Source: a virus
DNA: 64,000 bases
IMG/VR virus record: IMGVR_UViG_3300045988_107814
Coordinates: 128,001 to 192,000 of that record
Strand: one strand, 5' to 3'
Below are positions 31,036 to 39,918 of this stretch, in pieces. Under the pieces are notes generated by a model, which was not told the DNA's origin, did not search any database, and was given only the letters and a program-made list of their open reading frames with translations. Numbering within the stretch: the first letter of the stretch is position 1; each line of letters opens with the position of its first letter. Made by a program: the position numbers and the translations under genes.

Positions 31036-33281
31036 TTATTTTCATCTCCCATAAATTTAAACAATTGTCCTTGTACTTTGTTTACTGGGACGAACAAAGC
31101 GTCGATATCTGGATTGTTATCATAAGGTACAAACAATTTAGATTGTGCCTCATTAACATCAGTAAACAGACCATTTGAATCCCAGCCAACAAAATAGAAC
31201 AATGTGTCTTGTTGTTCTGTCGCAATGTCATTATACTTAATAGGAACTTTCTTAAATTCACAAGCAACACCCATGACTTTAAGAGTTGCATTAAGAATTT
31301 CTGCACTGCGAGACTTACCATCCTCATCCAATACTACATTGAATTCATATGATTCAAGCATATTCTTACTACCTCTTCTTGCTTGAGGAGAAGTACTATA
31401 AATCATAAGAACTGTAACATTGACTTCAGGCCCCATAAGCATATAGATATTTTGCTCCATCTCACCATTTCTAATAGGTGTATTAGATGTAACACGCATA
31501 AACATCTTTGCTGCTTTTGATTTAGAGTTTAGACCTCTTACATTGGTTGCAGACATAGAAGTAGCAGAATGTTTTTCTTCCGAATTCTGCTTCATTCTAT
31601 ATATATACTGCTTTGCAACAATACTAGGTTTATTACTCTTTACCCATCTAGTATTTCCTCTAGAATCTTTGATAGGCACAATTGTAAATACAGGTTTGAT
31701 CCATGGGAATGTATTATATAATTCCACCAAAGTATCAAATGACACTGCATCTGAAATAGGTTCAAGAGGAATATATAATCCATCTGAATCTTCTGTTAAA
31801 CAACTTACAACATTAAAACAAGCTTCTTGATCATTAATACTACTATCGATAGCATCCATAAAATATCTATCCCAATCATCTGATAAAATGCTAAAATACT
31901 CGTGCAATAATCCAACACACATTTCAACATCAAATGACATAGTAGCCATATATCTGATGATATTCTCAGATATAAAGTTAAGCGATACCTCGTTCAACTG
32001 ACCATTATTAAGTCGGTTTACACAAGTTGCCAAATTCCAAATGACATCAACAGGTTTACCTATATCTCCATCATCTACTCTTGGCATTTCGTTATCTTCT
32101 CTTACTTTTGAAATTACACCTTTACCGCCATATCTAGAAGTGATTTTATCACCTTCTTTTACAGGAAGACTTTCATATACAACCACTTCTACATAGATAT
32201 TAGAGAATACATTGTCTTTAAAATACAATTTACCAGATAATACATCCTCACAAGTAGTATATAATTTGCTAAGTCTATGACTTTTCTTATACATAGAATT
32301 GTCAATATAATTCTTAAGAAGATTACAAACTTCCGTACAAAATCTCTTGTTGTCCTTTACATAGAATTCTAATTGACCTTCATAGATTCCATTTGGAGTT
32401 TCTGAAATATCCTTATTACAATACACATTGATATCAATTACTTTACCTTTAGCTTTGTAAGTAATATCATTAATCAATGTAGTCTTGAGTCTTTCTGCGG
32501 CTTGAGAGAAGAATATTTCATCATTTCTTTCTGTTCTCACACCACAAACAATACCTTTCTTGATATCCTCACCAATGTCTGGAATGATCTTATAAATATT
32601 ATCATCGCCATATAAGTTAAGAGGAATATCGTTATCGTTAATCAGAAATGCTATTTTCTTTATTTCTGGTCTTGATAATTTTTGAGATGCTGATCTAGAA
32701 ATCTCAATAGCGTCTTCTGTAGTCTCTGCATCAGAAACATACATAACTCTAAGATTTCTACCAGCCATATAGTTATCAGCATCGTCAAATGATTTAGATT
32801 TCTTGACAGTTTTCCCTAAAGGGATAACATCATTGACATTCAAACTATCAAGATAGTCGTTGTTATACAAGAATCCATAAGATTCTGTATTATGACAATA
32901 TGATACTCTTTCAATAACGTCCATATTATTATTCTCGTCTATTACAAACAGATAATAATGGTGTCCAGGACGATTAGAGAATTTTTCAATCTTCGCAATC
33001 ACAGACCAAGCTCTGTCCGCTTTAATAAACGAAGATGAATGTTGTCCAAATAAGTTTTCGTATCCAGTACTGATATACGGTACTTCTGCATTTTCTAAGC
33101 AAACATGTTGCTGATAATGTTGAGAAAACATAGCTTTTCTTGATGCAGAGTTAGCGGCTTCAAACGGCATGTTCAAGCCTATACCCAACATTTTTTCCAT
33201 GTTTCCATCATCATACTTTTCTGACGCTGCCATTATATGCTTATCAATATTGGCATCATCATATAACTTTTGATACTCCAT
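31032..33281 (-). CDS. multisubunit RNA polymerase beta-like subunit, C-terminal half (split gene)
   Basis: NSASRKAMFSQHYQQHV (compare NDANRALMG.NMQRQAV), GDKITSRYGGKGVISKV (compare GDK.AGRHGNKGV.SK), MPRVDDGDIGKPVDVIWNLATCVNRLNNGQ (compare MP...DG.PVDI.LNPLGVPSRMN.GQ). Confidence 0.85.
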   Translation of the reverse strand: MEYQKLYDDANIDKHIMAASEKYDDGNMEKMLGIGLNMPFEAANSASRKAMFSQHYQQHVCLENAEVPYISTGYENLFGQHSSSFIKADRAWSVIAKIEKFSNRPGHHYYLFVIDENNNMDVIERVSYCHNTESYGFLYNNDYLDSLNVNDVIPLGKTVKKSKSFDDADNYMAGRNLRVMYVSDAETTEDAIEISRSASQKLSRPEIKKIAFLINDNDIPLNLYGDDNIYKIIPDIGEDIKKGIVCGVRTERNDEIFFSQAAERLKTTLINDITYKAKGKVIDINVYCNKDISETPNGIYEGQLEFYVKDNKRFCTEVCNLLKNYIDNSMYKKSHRLSKLYTTCEDVLSGKLYFKDNVFSNIYVEVVVYESLPVKEGDKITSRYGGKGVISKVREDNEMPRVDDGDIGKPVDVIWNLATCVNRLNNGQLNEVSLNFISENIIRYMATMSFDVEMCVGLLHEYFSILSDDWDRYFMDAIDSSINDQEACFNVVSCLTEDSDGLYIPLEPISDAVSFDTLVELYNTFPWIKPVFTIVPIKDSRGNTRWVKSNKPSIVAKQYIYRMKQNSEEKHSATSMSATNVRGLNSKSKAAKMFMRVTSNTPIRNGEMEQNIYMLMGPEVNVTVLMIYSTSPQARRGSKNMLESYEFNVVLDEDGKSRSAEILNATLKVMGVACEFKKVPIKYNDIATEQQDTLFYFVGWDSNGLFTDVNEAQSKLFVPYDNNPDIDALFVPVNKVQGQLFKFMGDENK

Positions 33282-33314
33282 GAAATTTCAACTCCTTAAA
33301 TTTAATATGATTTA

Positions 33315-33358
33315 GTATGAAGATGATTGCTCATCTTCATACTTATAATATACACTTT
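33315..33358 (-). promoter_or_regulatory. TATATTATAAGT promoter-like motif plus 11-bp hairpin upstream of the beta-C gene
   Basis: Minus-strand read: GTGTATATTATAAGTATGAAGATG-AGCAAT-CATCTTCATAC, then AAGGAG and ATG 33281. Confidence 0.4.
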
Positions 33359-33361
33359 ATA

Positions 33362-34645
33362 TTAGTTTTGATTAGAATTCATCTGTCTGATCTTATCCAT
33401 AATAGAAGTAGTAGCCGTAGAAGATTGAAGTCTAGATGCTTCTTCCAGATACGACAATTCATTATACAGATAAGTTACACATTCAGTTTCAAAGATATCT
33501 AAGAATTCTGGATCTGTAATAAGCTTATTTTTAAACTGCTTTTGAGAGAATTTCTTATCATCTCTTTCACCAAAATACAGATATGCACCAGCACCTTTAA
33601 CTCTTCCTGCATTCTTAAGCATCATATACAATGACAAGTCAGGATCAAATCCAGTTTTATAATTAAGAACAAGATCAACAGCAGAACTCATTCCACTTGC
33701 ACCAGCTCTAGACTTTACATTTGATACAATTACATGAGCACCATCAATACCGAATTCCTTATCTGCCGTAAGTTTATCACTATCATCAATTCTAAATACA
33801 TTATTAGCGAGATAGAGAGGAGTTACACCACCAGGAATAGTTTCGTCTTGCTTCAGGAATGCTGTCTGAGATTTAGTATGCTTAAATACATTAATTTCTA
33901 CCTTTTGTGTAATATGGTTTACACTAAGGATAATGATATTTGCTTCTTTGATAAGCTGATTACATCTTCTAAACAACTGAGCCAATGCTTTAGCTGTAGC
34001 AGTTGTAGACATTTGACCACTAAGTTGTTCTTCTTCAGATAATTTAGCAGATACAAGCAAAGGAATAGAATCAATAATATAAACAGTCGGCTGGAACTTA
34101 GTAATTGACTGTCCATAATCATCAACCATACCAGTATCATATCTGAACTTATCTTCGTTAGCAAGCTTTACATCATGAATAGCTTTGATTTGAAGATAAA
34201 CAGATTCAATTGTAATACCAGAGTTTCTTACTTTTACTTTAGATTTATACTGTTCTCTAGTGAATCCAGTAAGAGCACTACCTCTTTCATCAAGCATACC
34301 ACCCTCAAGCAAATCAATAAACATAAGCCCATGATCAAAGTTTCTAATAATATTGGCACCAATCTGATATACAAAAGTAGACTTACCACATCCAGATCTA
34401 CCAATAAACATATTAGAAGTGCCGTCAAGAATACCTACAGAATCATACTTAACTACACGACCATCACTCAACTTAACAGTTCTTCTGTATCCATTTTTAT
34501 AATCAAGAGAAAGAAATCCTGTTGAGTACATTACATCGCTTTCTGCCGTTCTCATAACAGAAATATTTTTGGTTTTAGCTAGACTATCTTGAATTTCTAG
34601 CATTAATTCATCAGCATTATTAGTTAAAACATTTGTATTTGACAT
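33362..34645 (-). CDS. uvsX: UvsX/RecA-like recombinase
   Basis: STGFLSLDYKNG (compare RecA STGSLSLD), Walker A GRSGCGKST, Walker B YIIDSIPLL, SVNHITQK...IPGGVTPLY (compare T4 UvsX AINHTYE...GGGTGPMY). Confidence 0.85.
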   Translation of the reverse strand: MSNTNVLTNNADELMLEIQDSLAKTKNISVMRTAESDVMYSTGFLSLDYKNGYRRTVKLSDGRVVKYDSVGILDGTSNMFIGRSGCGKSTFVYQIGANIIRNFDHGLMFIDLLEGGMLDERGSALTGFTREQYKSKVKVRNSGITIESVYLQIKAIHDVKLANEDKFRYDTGMVDDYGQSITKFQPTVYIIDSIPLLVSAKLSEEEQLSGQMSTTATAKALAQLFRRCNQLIKEANIIILSVNHITQKVEINVFKHTKSQTAFLKQDETIPGGVTPLYLANNVFRIDDSDKLTADKEFGIDGAHVIVSNVKSRAGASGMSSAVDLVLNYKTGFDPDLSLYMMLKNAGRVKGAGAYLYFGERDDKKFSQKQFKNKLITDPEFLDIFETECVTYLYNELSYLEEASRLQSSTATTSIMDKIRQMNSNQN

Positions 34646-34701
34646 AAATAAACCTCCTCAACGTACCTATTGAGTACTTTTATTAAATAGTTTAAATACA
34701 T

Positions 34702-34742
34702 GTAAAAAGTAATCCCTCTACATCACTTGGATGTAGAGGGAT
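34702..34742 (-). terminator. 13-bp hairpin with weak U-tract (terminator of the tubulin operon and/or 5' structure of the recombinase mRNA)
   Basis: ATCCCTCTACATC/GATGTAGAGGGAT followed on the minus strand by TACTTTTTAC. Confidence 0.45.
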
Positions 34743-34795
34743 AGCAGCTTTACAAATAAAATAGAAAGGACTGTCAAAAATTTATTCAGAAACTT

Positions 34796-34822
34796 GATTT
34801 ACTTATATGTTAGTATTATTTT
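34796..34822 (-). promoter_or_regulatory. TAACATATAAGTAAATC promoter-like motif just after the tubulin stop codon
   Basis: Same motif as upstream of the tRNA cluster and at 36397-36415. Confidence 0.35.
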
Positions 34823-34826
34823 ATTT

Positions 34827-36116
34827 TTAAAAACCGTTCATATCATCTTCAGAATAAGGTTTCTTTTCATCAGACTTCTTTGCTGTGAAACCTTTTTTCT
34901 TTTCATAACCACCAGAGACACCAGATGTATTGACACGGTTTGTTCTAGATGTAGATGATCTTCTTCTACCAGAACCAGAAGATGTTTCTCCTTCGAAATT
35001 AGCAAAGAAATCATTTGTATCATCATCTTCAGATTTTTCTTCTTCATGATGTGTTTCTGTTACCATATTAGAAATAGAATCGAAGAAGTCATCCTGCTTT
35101 TCAATCTCTTTTCTATTCTGGTACTTAGTATAGATATCATTAAGTTCATCCTTAGGAAGATTGATACCAGATGCAATAATTCTTACATATTCAGGAAGAT
35201 CAGATTCACACTGACGATGAATAAAGAACTCCTCAATATCTGTATTACCACAAAGCTTCTTTTTAATAGAAGTAAAGTTAGTATCTACAACATCTAGATT
35301 ATCATCAGAGATATTCATATATACACCGATCTTTGTAGCAGATGGTTCGAAATCGAGAGAAGTATTATAGTCAATTGCATCAGATACGATCTGTTCAAAC
35401 TGAGAAGAATTCTTTAATCTCTTATCGATATTAACTTCTGTTACAAACATCATACCTGGATTAGTGATTAACTTATAATGGTCTTCATCATCAATATTCT
35501 GCTCAGAGTCTACAACATCATAAGCACTAATAATCTTAAATGCTTTAGAGATATCATCATTAGCCATCTTTTCAGCAGTAAATGTATTATTAGTTTTATC
35601 AAGATACTTCTTATTGGATACAGTTCTGATTACAAAATCTCCACCATTAAGATCCTTGAAATATTCAATAGTATTCTGTAATCCTCTTGTATCAGTTTCA
35701 AATCCAGTAATCAATGTAATAATTACTGGAACTCTCAAATGTTTAGGAATAGCAGTCTTGATAAACTTAGCAAGAATAACGGATGCACCACTACCAGAAG
35801 CACCTTCTGTTGTAGCAATGATATTTACATATTGATATTTACCTTCAGGAAGTAGGCTAGGAATAGAATTAGGATTCTCTCTAAGATAGTCTAACATAAG
35901 ACTTTTAGCATATCCTCTATCCTTACCGCAGCCAGCATTAGGATCTGGATTAATAATAATAGTATTAATATTATTATTACGATATTCATAAGGAATATCT
36001 TTCTGTGTGGAGTTTACAATACAACAGTCATCAATCTTCAATGTACCTTCTTCAATACAATGAATCATAGCTTTTGTTGCACCTTGACCACAAGCAAAAG
36101 TATAAGAGTTGTTCAT
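34827..36116 (-). CDS. phuZ: phage tubulin/FtsZ-superfamily GTPase (PhuZ/TubZ-like)
   Basis: FACGQGATKAM (T1-like), CGKDRGYAKS (compare PhuZ TRGAGGNRK), TTEGASGSGASVILAKF (tubulin signature GGGSGSG), ITGFETDTRGLQNTIEYFK (compare VGAMESTDNLGNDIDTMK). Disordered basic C-terminal region ending in an acidic tail (EDDMNGF). Confidence 0.8.
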   Translation of the reverse strand: MNNSYTFACGQGATKAMIHCIEEGTLKIDDCCIVNSTQKDIPYEYRNNNINTIIINPDPNAGCGKDRGYAKSLMLDYLRENPNSIPSLLPEGKYQYVNIIATTEGASGSGASVILAKFIKTAIPKHLRVPVIITLITGFETDTRGLQNTIEYFKDLNGGDFVIRTVSNKKYLDKTNNTFTAEKMANDDISKAFKIISAYDVVDSEQNIDDEDHYKLITNPGMMFVTEVNIDKRLKNSSQFEQIVSDAIDYNTSLDFEPSATKIGVYMNISDDNLDVVDTNFTSIKKKLCGNTDIEEFFIHRQCESDLPEYVRIIASGINLPKDELNDIYTKYQNRKEIEKQDDFFDSISNMVTETHHEEEKSEDDDTNDFFANFEGETSSGSGRRRSSTSRTNRVNTSGVSGGYEKKKGFTAKKSDEKKPYSEDDMNGF

Positions 36117-36122
36117 ATAAAA

Positions 36123-36266
36123 TTACTCCTTTTCTTTTTTGTCAGATTCTTTTTTCTTATCAGAATCTTCAATATTTTTCTGTTCACTTTCATTAACGGG
36201 TGTAAAACCAAACTGACCAGCTGGATAACCTTGTTCGTTAATTACACCGAATTTGGATTCAGACAT
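36123..36266 (-). CDS. small protein (47 aa) translationally coupled upstream of the tubulin gene
   Basis: Below the ORF-track cutoff. ATG 36266 lies 8 nt after AAAAGGAGG. Sequence MSESKFGVINEQGYPAGQFGFTPVNESEQKNIEDSDKKKESDKKEKE. The stop is 7 nt before the tubulin ATG and contains its RBS. Confidence 0.5.
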   Translation of the reverse strand: MSESKFGVINEQGYPAGQFGFTPVNESEQKNIEDSDKKKESDKKEKE

Positions 36267-36316
36267 TTTTAGTACCTCCTTTTTATTAATTTATATATTA
36301 GTTATGATGACAGTAA

Positions 36317-36348
36317 ATATCCGTATGTGATTTAACACATACGGATAT
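36317..36348 (-). terminator. 13-bp hairpin (terminator and/or 5' UTR structure)
   Basis: ATATCCGTATGTG/CACATACGGATAT. Weak U-tract (TTTACTGTC) on the minus strand. Confidence 0.4.
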
Positions 36349-36396
36349 AGAGAATAAAAATGAAAATGTTTAAACTTTACAGGAGAAATCCTTTTT

Positions 36397-36421
36397 GGAT
36401 TTACTTATATGTTAATACTTT
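36397..36421 (-). promoter_or_regulatory. TAACATATAAGTAAATC promoter-like motif just after the stop of CDS 36422
   Basis: Minus-strand read: AAAAAGTATTAACATATAAGTAAATCC. Paralogous to 34796-34822. Confidence 0.35.
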
Positions 36422-37141
36422 TTATTTTTCTATTCTCTTCTTTTTCATACTTAATGTGTAAGGAGTCATATAATCCTCTTCTAATAAGTTAGTCATAATA
36501 CCAGATCCAATCAAATAAACATCAACTGTGTTTCTTGCAACTTGATTAGATTTATCAGATGTAAGATCTTTTAAAGATACTTGACCAGTTGCATTAATTT
36601 GGTTATACATCTTATTCTTAGCTTCCATATCATCTGCTTTAGCACGAGTAAACTCTTTTATTGTAGCATCCATATTCTGTAATACAAGAGACTCTAGTTC
36701 TCTATCGGATTCAACACCTTTAGAGTTACCTACAATAGCACCAGTCTTCGGGTTTCTAACAGTAATATCTGTATTATATCCAGATTTCTTAGTAACTAAC
36801 TGTTTAAGTTTTTTAAGATTGAGATATCCAATCATAGCTTCGTTATTAGAGTTTACAGCAACTCCATCACTATTAGTATAAATACTTGGAAGTTTAATTT
36901 TCTCTAGTACTGGTACATTAATAGCTTTAAGAGCATTAATACATTTAGTAGGATTAAGTTCTCTATCAAATGCAGTAGTCTGTAATCTGAAAGGTAATCT
37001 TCTTTTACAGAATTCCATAAATTGATTGTCAGACATTTTAGAAAACATTTCTTTATAGAAGTTAGAATTAGCTTTTGTAGGGTCCATTGCATCAAAAAAT
37101 TTATATATAAGTGCTTCAGCCTTTTTTCTTTGTGCTGTCAT
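36422..37141 (-). CDS. hypothetical protein
   Basis: 239-aa ORF with AAAGGAGGG RBS. Confidence 0.7.
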   Translation of the reverse strand: MTAQRKKAEALIYKFFDAMDPTKANSNFYKEMFSKMSDNQFMEFCKRRLPFRLQTTAFDRELNPTKCINALKAINVPVLEKIKLPSIYTNSDGVAVNSNNEAMIGYLNLKKLKQLVTKKSGYNTDITVRNPKTGAIVGNSKGVESDRELESLVLQNMDATIKEFTRAKADDMEAKNKMYNQINATGQVSLKDLTSDKSNQVARNTVDVYLIGSGIMTNLLEEDYMTPYTLSMKKKRIEK

Positions 37142-37245
37142 TCTATTACCCTCCTTTGAGTATATTATAAATATGTTTTAGAATACAAAAAAGAAGGATA
37201 AAGAGATCAACCCTTTATCCTTCCGCACAAGCTACAGTTAGAGTT

Positions 37246-38106
37246 TTATTCTTCTACTGCGGCAAGACAAATTGATGTGATTTCATAATTAGCGTTATAT
37301 GACACATTATAATACGCCGTCTTACCAGTTCCGTGCAACAAATTCGATATATCCATAATCCAATTATAAACAGCAATTTTATTATAATCGTTTTTAGTAC
37401 GATTAATCATTACTTTATCATAAGTCTTATTAGGATTAATAAGTCTATTATCCAACATTACTCCTACAATTTTTTCAAGATCTGTATTAAATTGTGTCAG
37501 GCTGTTGTTAAGACTTGTAATATTATCGTTGATTGTAGCATCTTCAATATCTTTATTTATTTTGACATTTGGTTCATTCATATTAAAATTACGATTTTCT
37601 ATCTCTTTCAACAAGTCCATAGTAGGAACGTTTTTAATTGTAATACTATGATTAAACGTTATCGATAAAGATTCGGTAATATCTAAAACATTATCATCTG
37701 TTTCATATTCTCCATAATTATGATCTGTAAAATATTCAATTACTTGATTAAACGAATCATCAATATGTTGAATAAGTTCGTTTACCCCAAATTCAGCATC
37801 TTTGATAGATACATTAAACAGAGGAATATTTTCAATTGTGTCTGTTTCATTATCGAAATAAGGCTGTTCAGTTTCAAGCTTATTGAATGAAACTTCGCAA
37901 GTTACGTTATCTTTGAATCGATTAATATAATCAATAATTTCAGTGAAATCTTTAACAAATTTGCTGTTTTCTAATACGTTTTTAATATACTCTGTGTATG
38001 ATGATACATCACACTTATCGAGAATTCCCACTTTATCAAAGACCGATTGACTCGGACCATAGCAAAGTGTAAAATACAGGTTTACATTTCTTTTTAAAGT
38101 TTTCAT
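37246..38106 (-). CDS. hypothetical protein
   Basis: 286-aa ORF with AAAAGGAG RBS. Confidence 0.7.
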   Translation of the reverse strand: MKTLKRNVNLYFTLCYGPSQSVFDKVGILDKCDVSSYTEYIKNVLENSKFVKDFTEIIDYINRFKDNVTCEVSFNKLETEQPYFDNETDTIENIPLFNVSIKDAEFGVNELIQHIDDSFNQVIEYFTDHNYGEYETDDNVLDITESLSITFNHSITIKNVPTMDLLKEIENRNFNMNEPNVKINKDIEDATINDNITSLNNSLTQFNTDLEKIVGVMLDNRLINPNKTYDKVMINRTKNDYNKIAVYNWIMDISNLLHGTGKTAYYNVSYNANYEITSICLAAVEE

Positions 38107-38202
38107 AATTTTAAACTCCTTTTAAATAAAATTATTTTGTATACACATAAATTATATATAAATGTAATACATATTGAATTTGTAAAACTTTATATTATTA
38201 TC

Positions 38203-38246
38203 TATATATAATTATAGTGAATAGAGATAGACATTAGAGACTATCT
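38203..38246 (+). promoter_or_regulatory. TATAATTATAGTGA promoter-like motif plus hairpin
   Basis: TATATATAATTATAGTGA, then AGATAG (38225-38230) / CTATCT (38241-38246). Confidence 0.45.
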
Positions 38247-38299
38247 TGTGAGAAGCTATTCGGTCTGGATGCTCGGAGACCTTAAACTGAGCAAGGACG

Positions 38300-38346
38300 A
38301 ACATAAACTTTGGATCTTTATTATGATCCGCGATGTATAAAAATGG
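38300..38346 (+). promoter_or_regulatory. conserved 5' leader element, diverged copy 3
   Basis: ACATAAACTTTGGATCTTTATTATGATCCGCGATGTATAAAAATGG shares TTATGATCC-nn-GAYGT-A-rich with copies 1 and 2. Confidence 0.35.
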
Positions 38347-38357
38347 AGGAATTCATC

Positions 38358-38858
38358 ATGAAAAAGAATATCAAGTTAACTGTATCTGCAACTGTAAGCA
38401 AGGCTATTCGTACATTGTTAACAAACGAAGAATTGGACTGGGAAACCAGATACCGCATCGAAAAATTCATTGAAAGGAGGATTGTAAAGGAAGACGGCTA
38501 TATAGAATTGATTGAGATCAATTCTAAAATTTATGGCAAGAATATTCTTGCCGTAAAAGATGGAAGATATGATGACCAGGATTTTGATCCTGGTCATTAC
38601 GAGTATAGATATGTATATACGTATTTTCTGTATATTAATAAGGAAGGAAAATTGAAGGCAAGAGCCTTTTATACCTTCCGCAAATATAGGGATTTATATT
38701 CAGCAGAAGTACAAAGATATCCTATCAATGAAATATCAATCTTTAACATCGCAGAAATGGAATTGGAATTAGACCATGATCAAACCATAGAAGAAAAAGA
38801 AGAAATAGACTATGAGTTCAATAATGAATATCGTAAATATTTAGGCTGCGAAGACTAA
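38358..38858 (+). CDS. hypothetical protein (GC-richer gene)
   Basis: ATG 38358, 8 nt after GGAGG. 166 aa. Confidence 0.65.
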   Translation: MKKNIKLTVSATVSKAIRTLLTNEELDWETRYRIEKFIERRIVKEDGYIELIEINSKIYGKNILAVKDGRYDDQDFDPGHYEYRYVYTYFLYINKEGKLKARAFYTFRKYRDLYSAEVQRYPINEISIFNIAEMELELDHDQTIEEKEEIDYEFNNEYRKYLGCED

Positions 38859-38890
38859 AAATCAATATATATATATACATACAATGCCTA

Positions 38891-38951
38891 AGAAACGTGT
38901 TATTGCCAAGCACGTTTCTTTTTTGACTTATTATGGTTAACTTTAATATAA
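38891..38951 (+). promoter_or_regulatory. terminator plus sigma70/sigmaA-like promoter cassette, copy 1
   Basis: AGAAACGTG-TTATTGCCAAG-CACGTTTCT plus TTTTT. TTGACT (38923-38928), 17-nt spacer, TATAAA (38946-38951). Confidence 0.55.
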
Positions 38952-38974
38952 AAGAACCGTAAGGAGGTATATAA

Positions 38975-39796
38975 ATGAATAATCAAGTTATTGGTAGTAT
39001 TATTCTTGAGTCTGCTAATGAAGCTGCTGAAGTTAATATTATTTCTGAGCATAATGGTAAACCCGAAGCTACTGGTATTATTCAGACTTTAGGCGATGAA
39101 AATAGAAATGGACGTATTTATGAAGTTAAAGATATGAAACCTGAGATTTACTCCGATAGAATTCAGAAGGAACTTATTCCTACTGGTAATATGAGAGGAC
39201 ATGATGGTCACCCTTCTTCTAGTGAATTATCTATTCAATCTGTAATCGATCCTAAAATTTGTTCTGTACAATATACTAAGATTTGGCTCGAAGGAACAGA
39301 GATTCATGCAAATTTCAAAGGTACTAATAACCAATATGGTAAGGCATTTACTGAAGATCTGTTAGAAGGATGTAGACCTTCATTCTCTTTAAGAGCATTG
39401 GGCTCTGTTGATAGAGAAAGAAATTGTAAGTGTTATGTAAGAAATATTAGAATCATTACTTGGGATAGAGTTATTTTCCCTTCTCATAAACGTGCATATA
39501 CTACTGGAATTATTGGTCCTAAGAATGAAGTACATGAACAAGCAATGATTACTGAATCTGCTGCTATTAATGGTATTGTAATTCCTATTATGAACCAGCA
39601 AGTAGTAAGTTATATTAAAGAAGAATCTGCTAATTTACAGAGTGTATTAAATACATTTGATACTCTATATGAATCTGCTATCATTTGTAATGGTGGAAAG
39701 AATGTCCAGTTAAATACAAGAGATGGTAATAAGATCTTAGTAAATCTTGAACAGTATATTCAAGATGAGATCCTAAACTACTGCTATAATAATTAA
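38975..39796 (+). CDS. prohead core protease (T4 gp21-like)
   Basis: ENRNGRIYEV (compare gp21 VNRNKRLYP), GHDGHP (compare GELNHP), PSFSLRALGSV (compare GVSSRGLGSL). The spacing of the three motifs matches gp21. Confidence 0.8.
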   Translation: MNNQVIGSIILESANEAAEVNIISEHNGKPEATGIIQTLGDENRNGRIYEVKDMKPEIYSDRIQKELIPTGNMRGHDGHPSSSELSIQSVIDPKICSVQYTKIWLEGTEIHANFKGTNNQYGKAFTEDLLEGCRPSFSLRALGSVDRERNCKCYVRNIRIITWDRVIFPSHKRAYTTGIIGPKNEVHEQAMITESAAINGIVIPIMNQQVVSYIKEESANLQSVLNTFDTLYESAIICNGGKNVQLNTRDGNKILVNLEQYIQDEILNYCYNN

Positions 39797-39800
39797 AACA

Positions 39801-39840
39801 ATAGAGAGGACATTTAAGTCCTCTCTATATTTTTCTTTTT
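39801..39840 (+). terminator. intrinsic terminator
   Basis: ATAGAGAGGAC-ATTTAA-GTCCTCTCTAT followed by ATTTTTCTTTTT. Confidence 0.6.
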
Positions 39841-39843
39841 ATT

Positions 39844-39905
39844 TATATATTATTATAGTGATAATATAGGATACGGAAATCGTTATAAAGTAACTCGTCC
39901 TATAT
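39844..39905 (+). promoter_or_regulatory. TATTATAGTGA promoter-like motif plus conserved 42-nt leader hairpin
   Basis: TATATATTATTATAGTGA, then ATATAGGA (39864-39871) / TCCTATAT (39898-39905). Near-identical inverted copy at 62261-62321. Confidence 0.5.
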
Positions 39906-39918
39906 ATTGGAGGTATAT

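Noticed and set aside
36422-37141. Assigning this gene, or 27051..27779, as additional RNAP subunits or TubR-like partners because of their position
   Set aside because: Position is the only argument. No beta-prime (NADFDGD-type), sigma or winged-helix motif could be recognised by eye.
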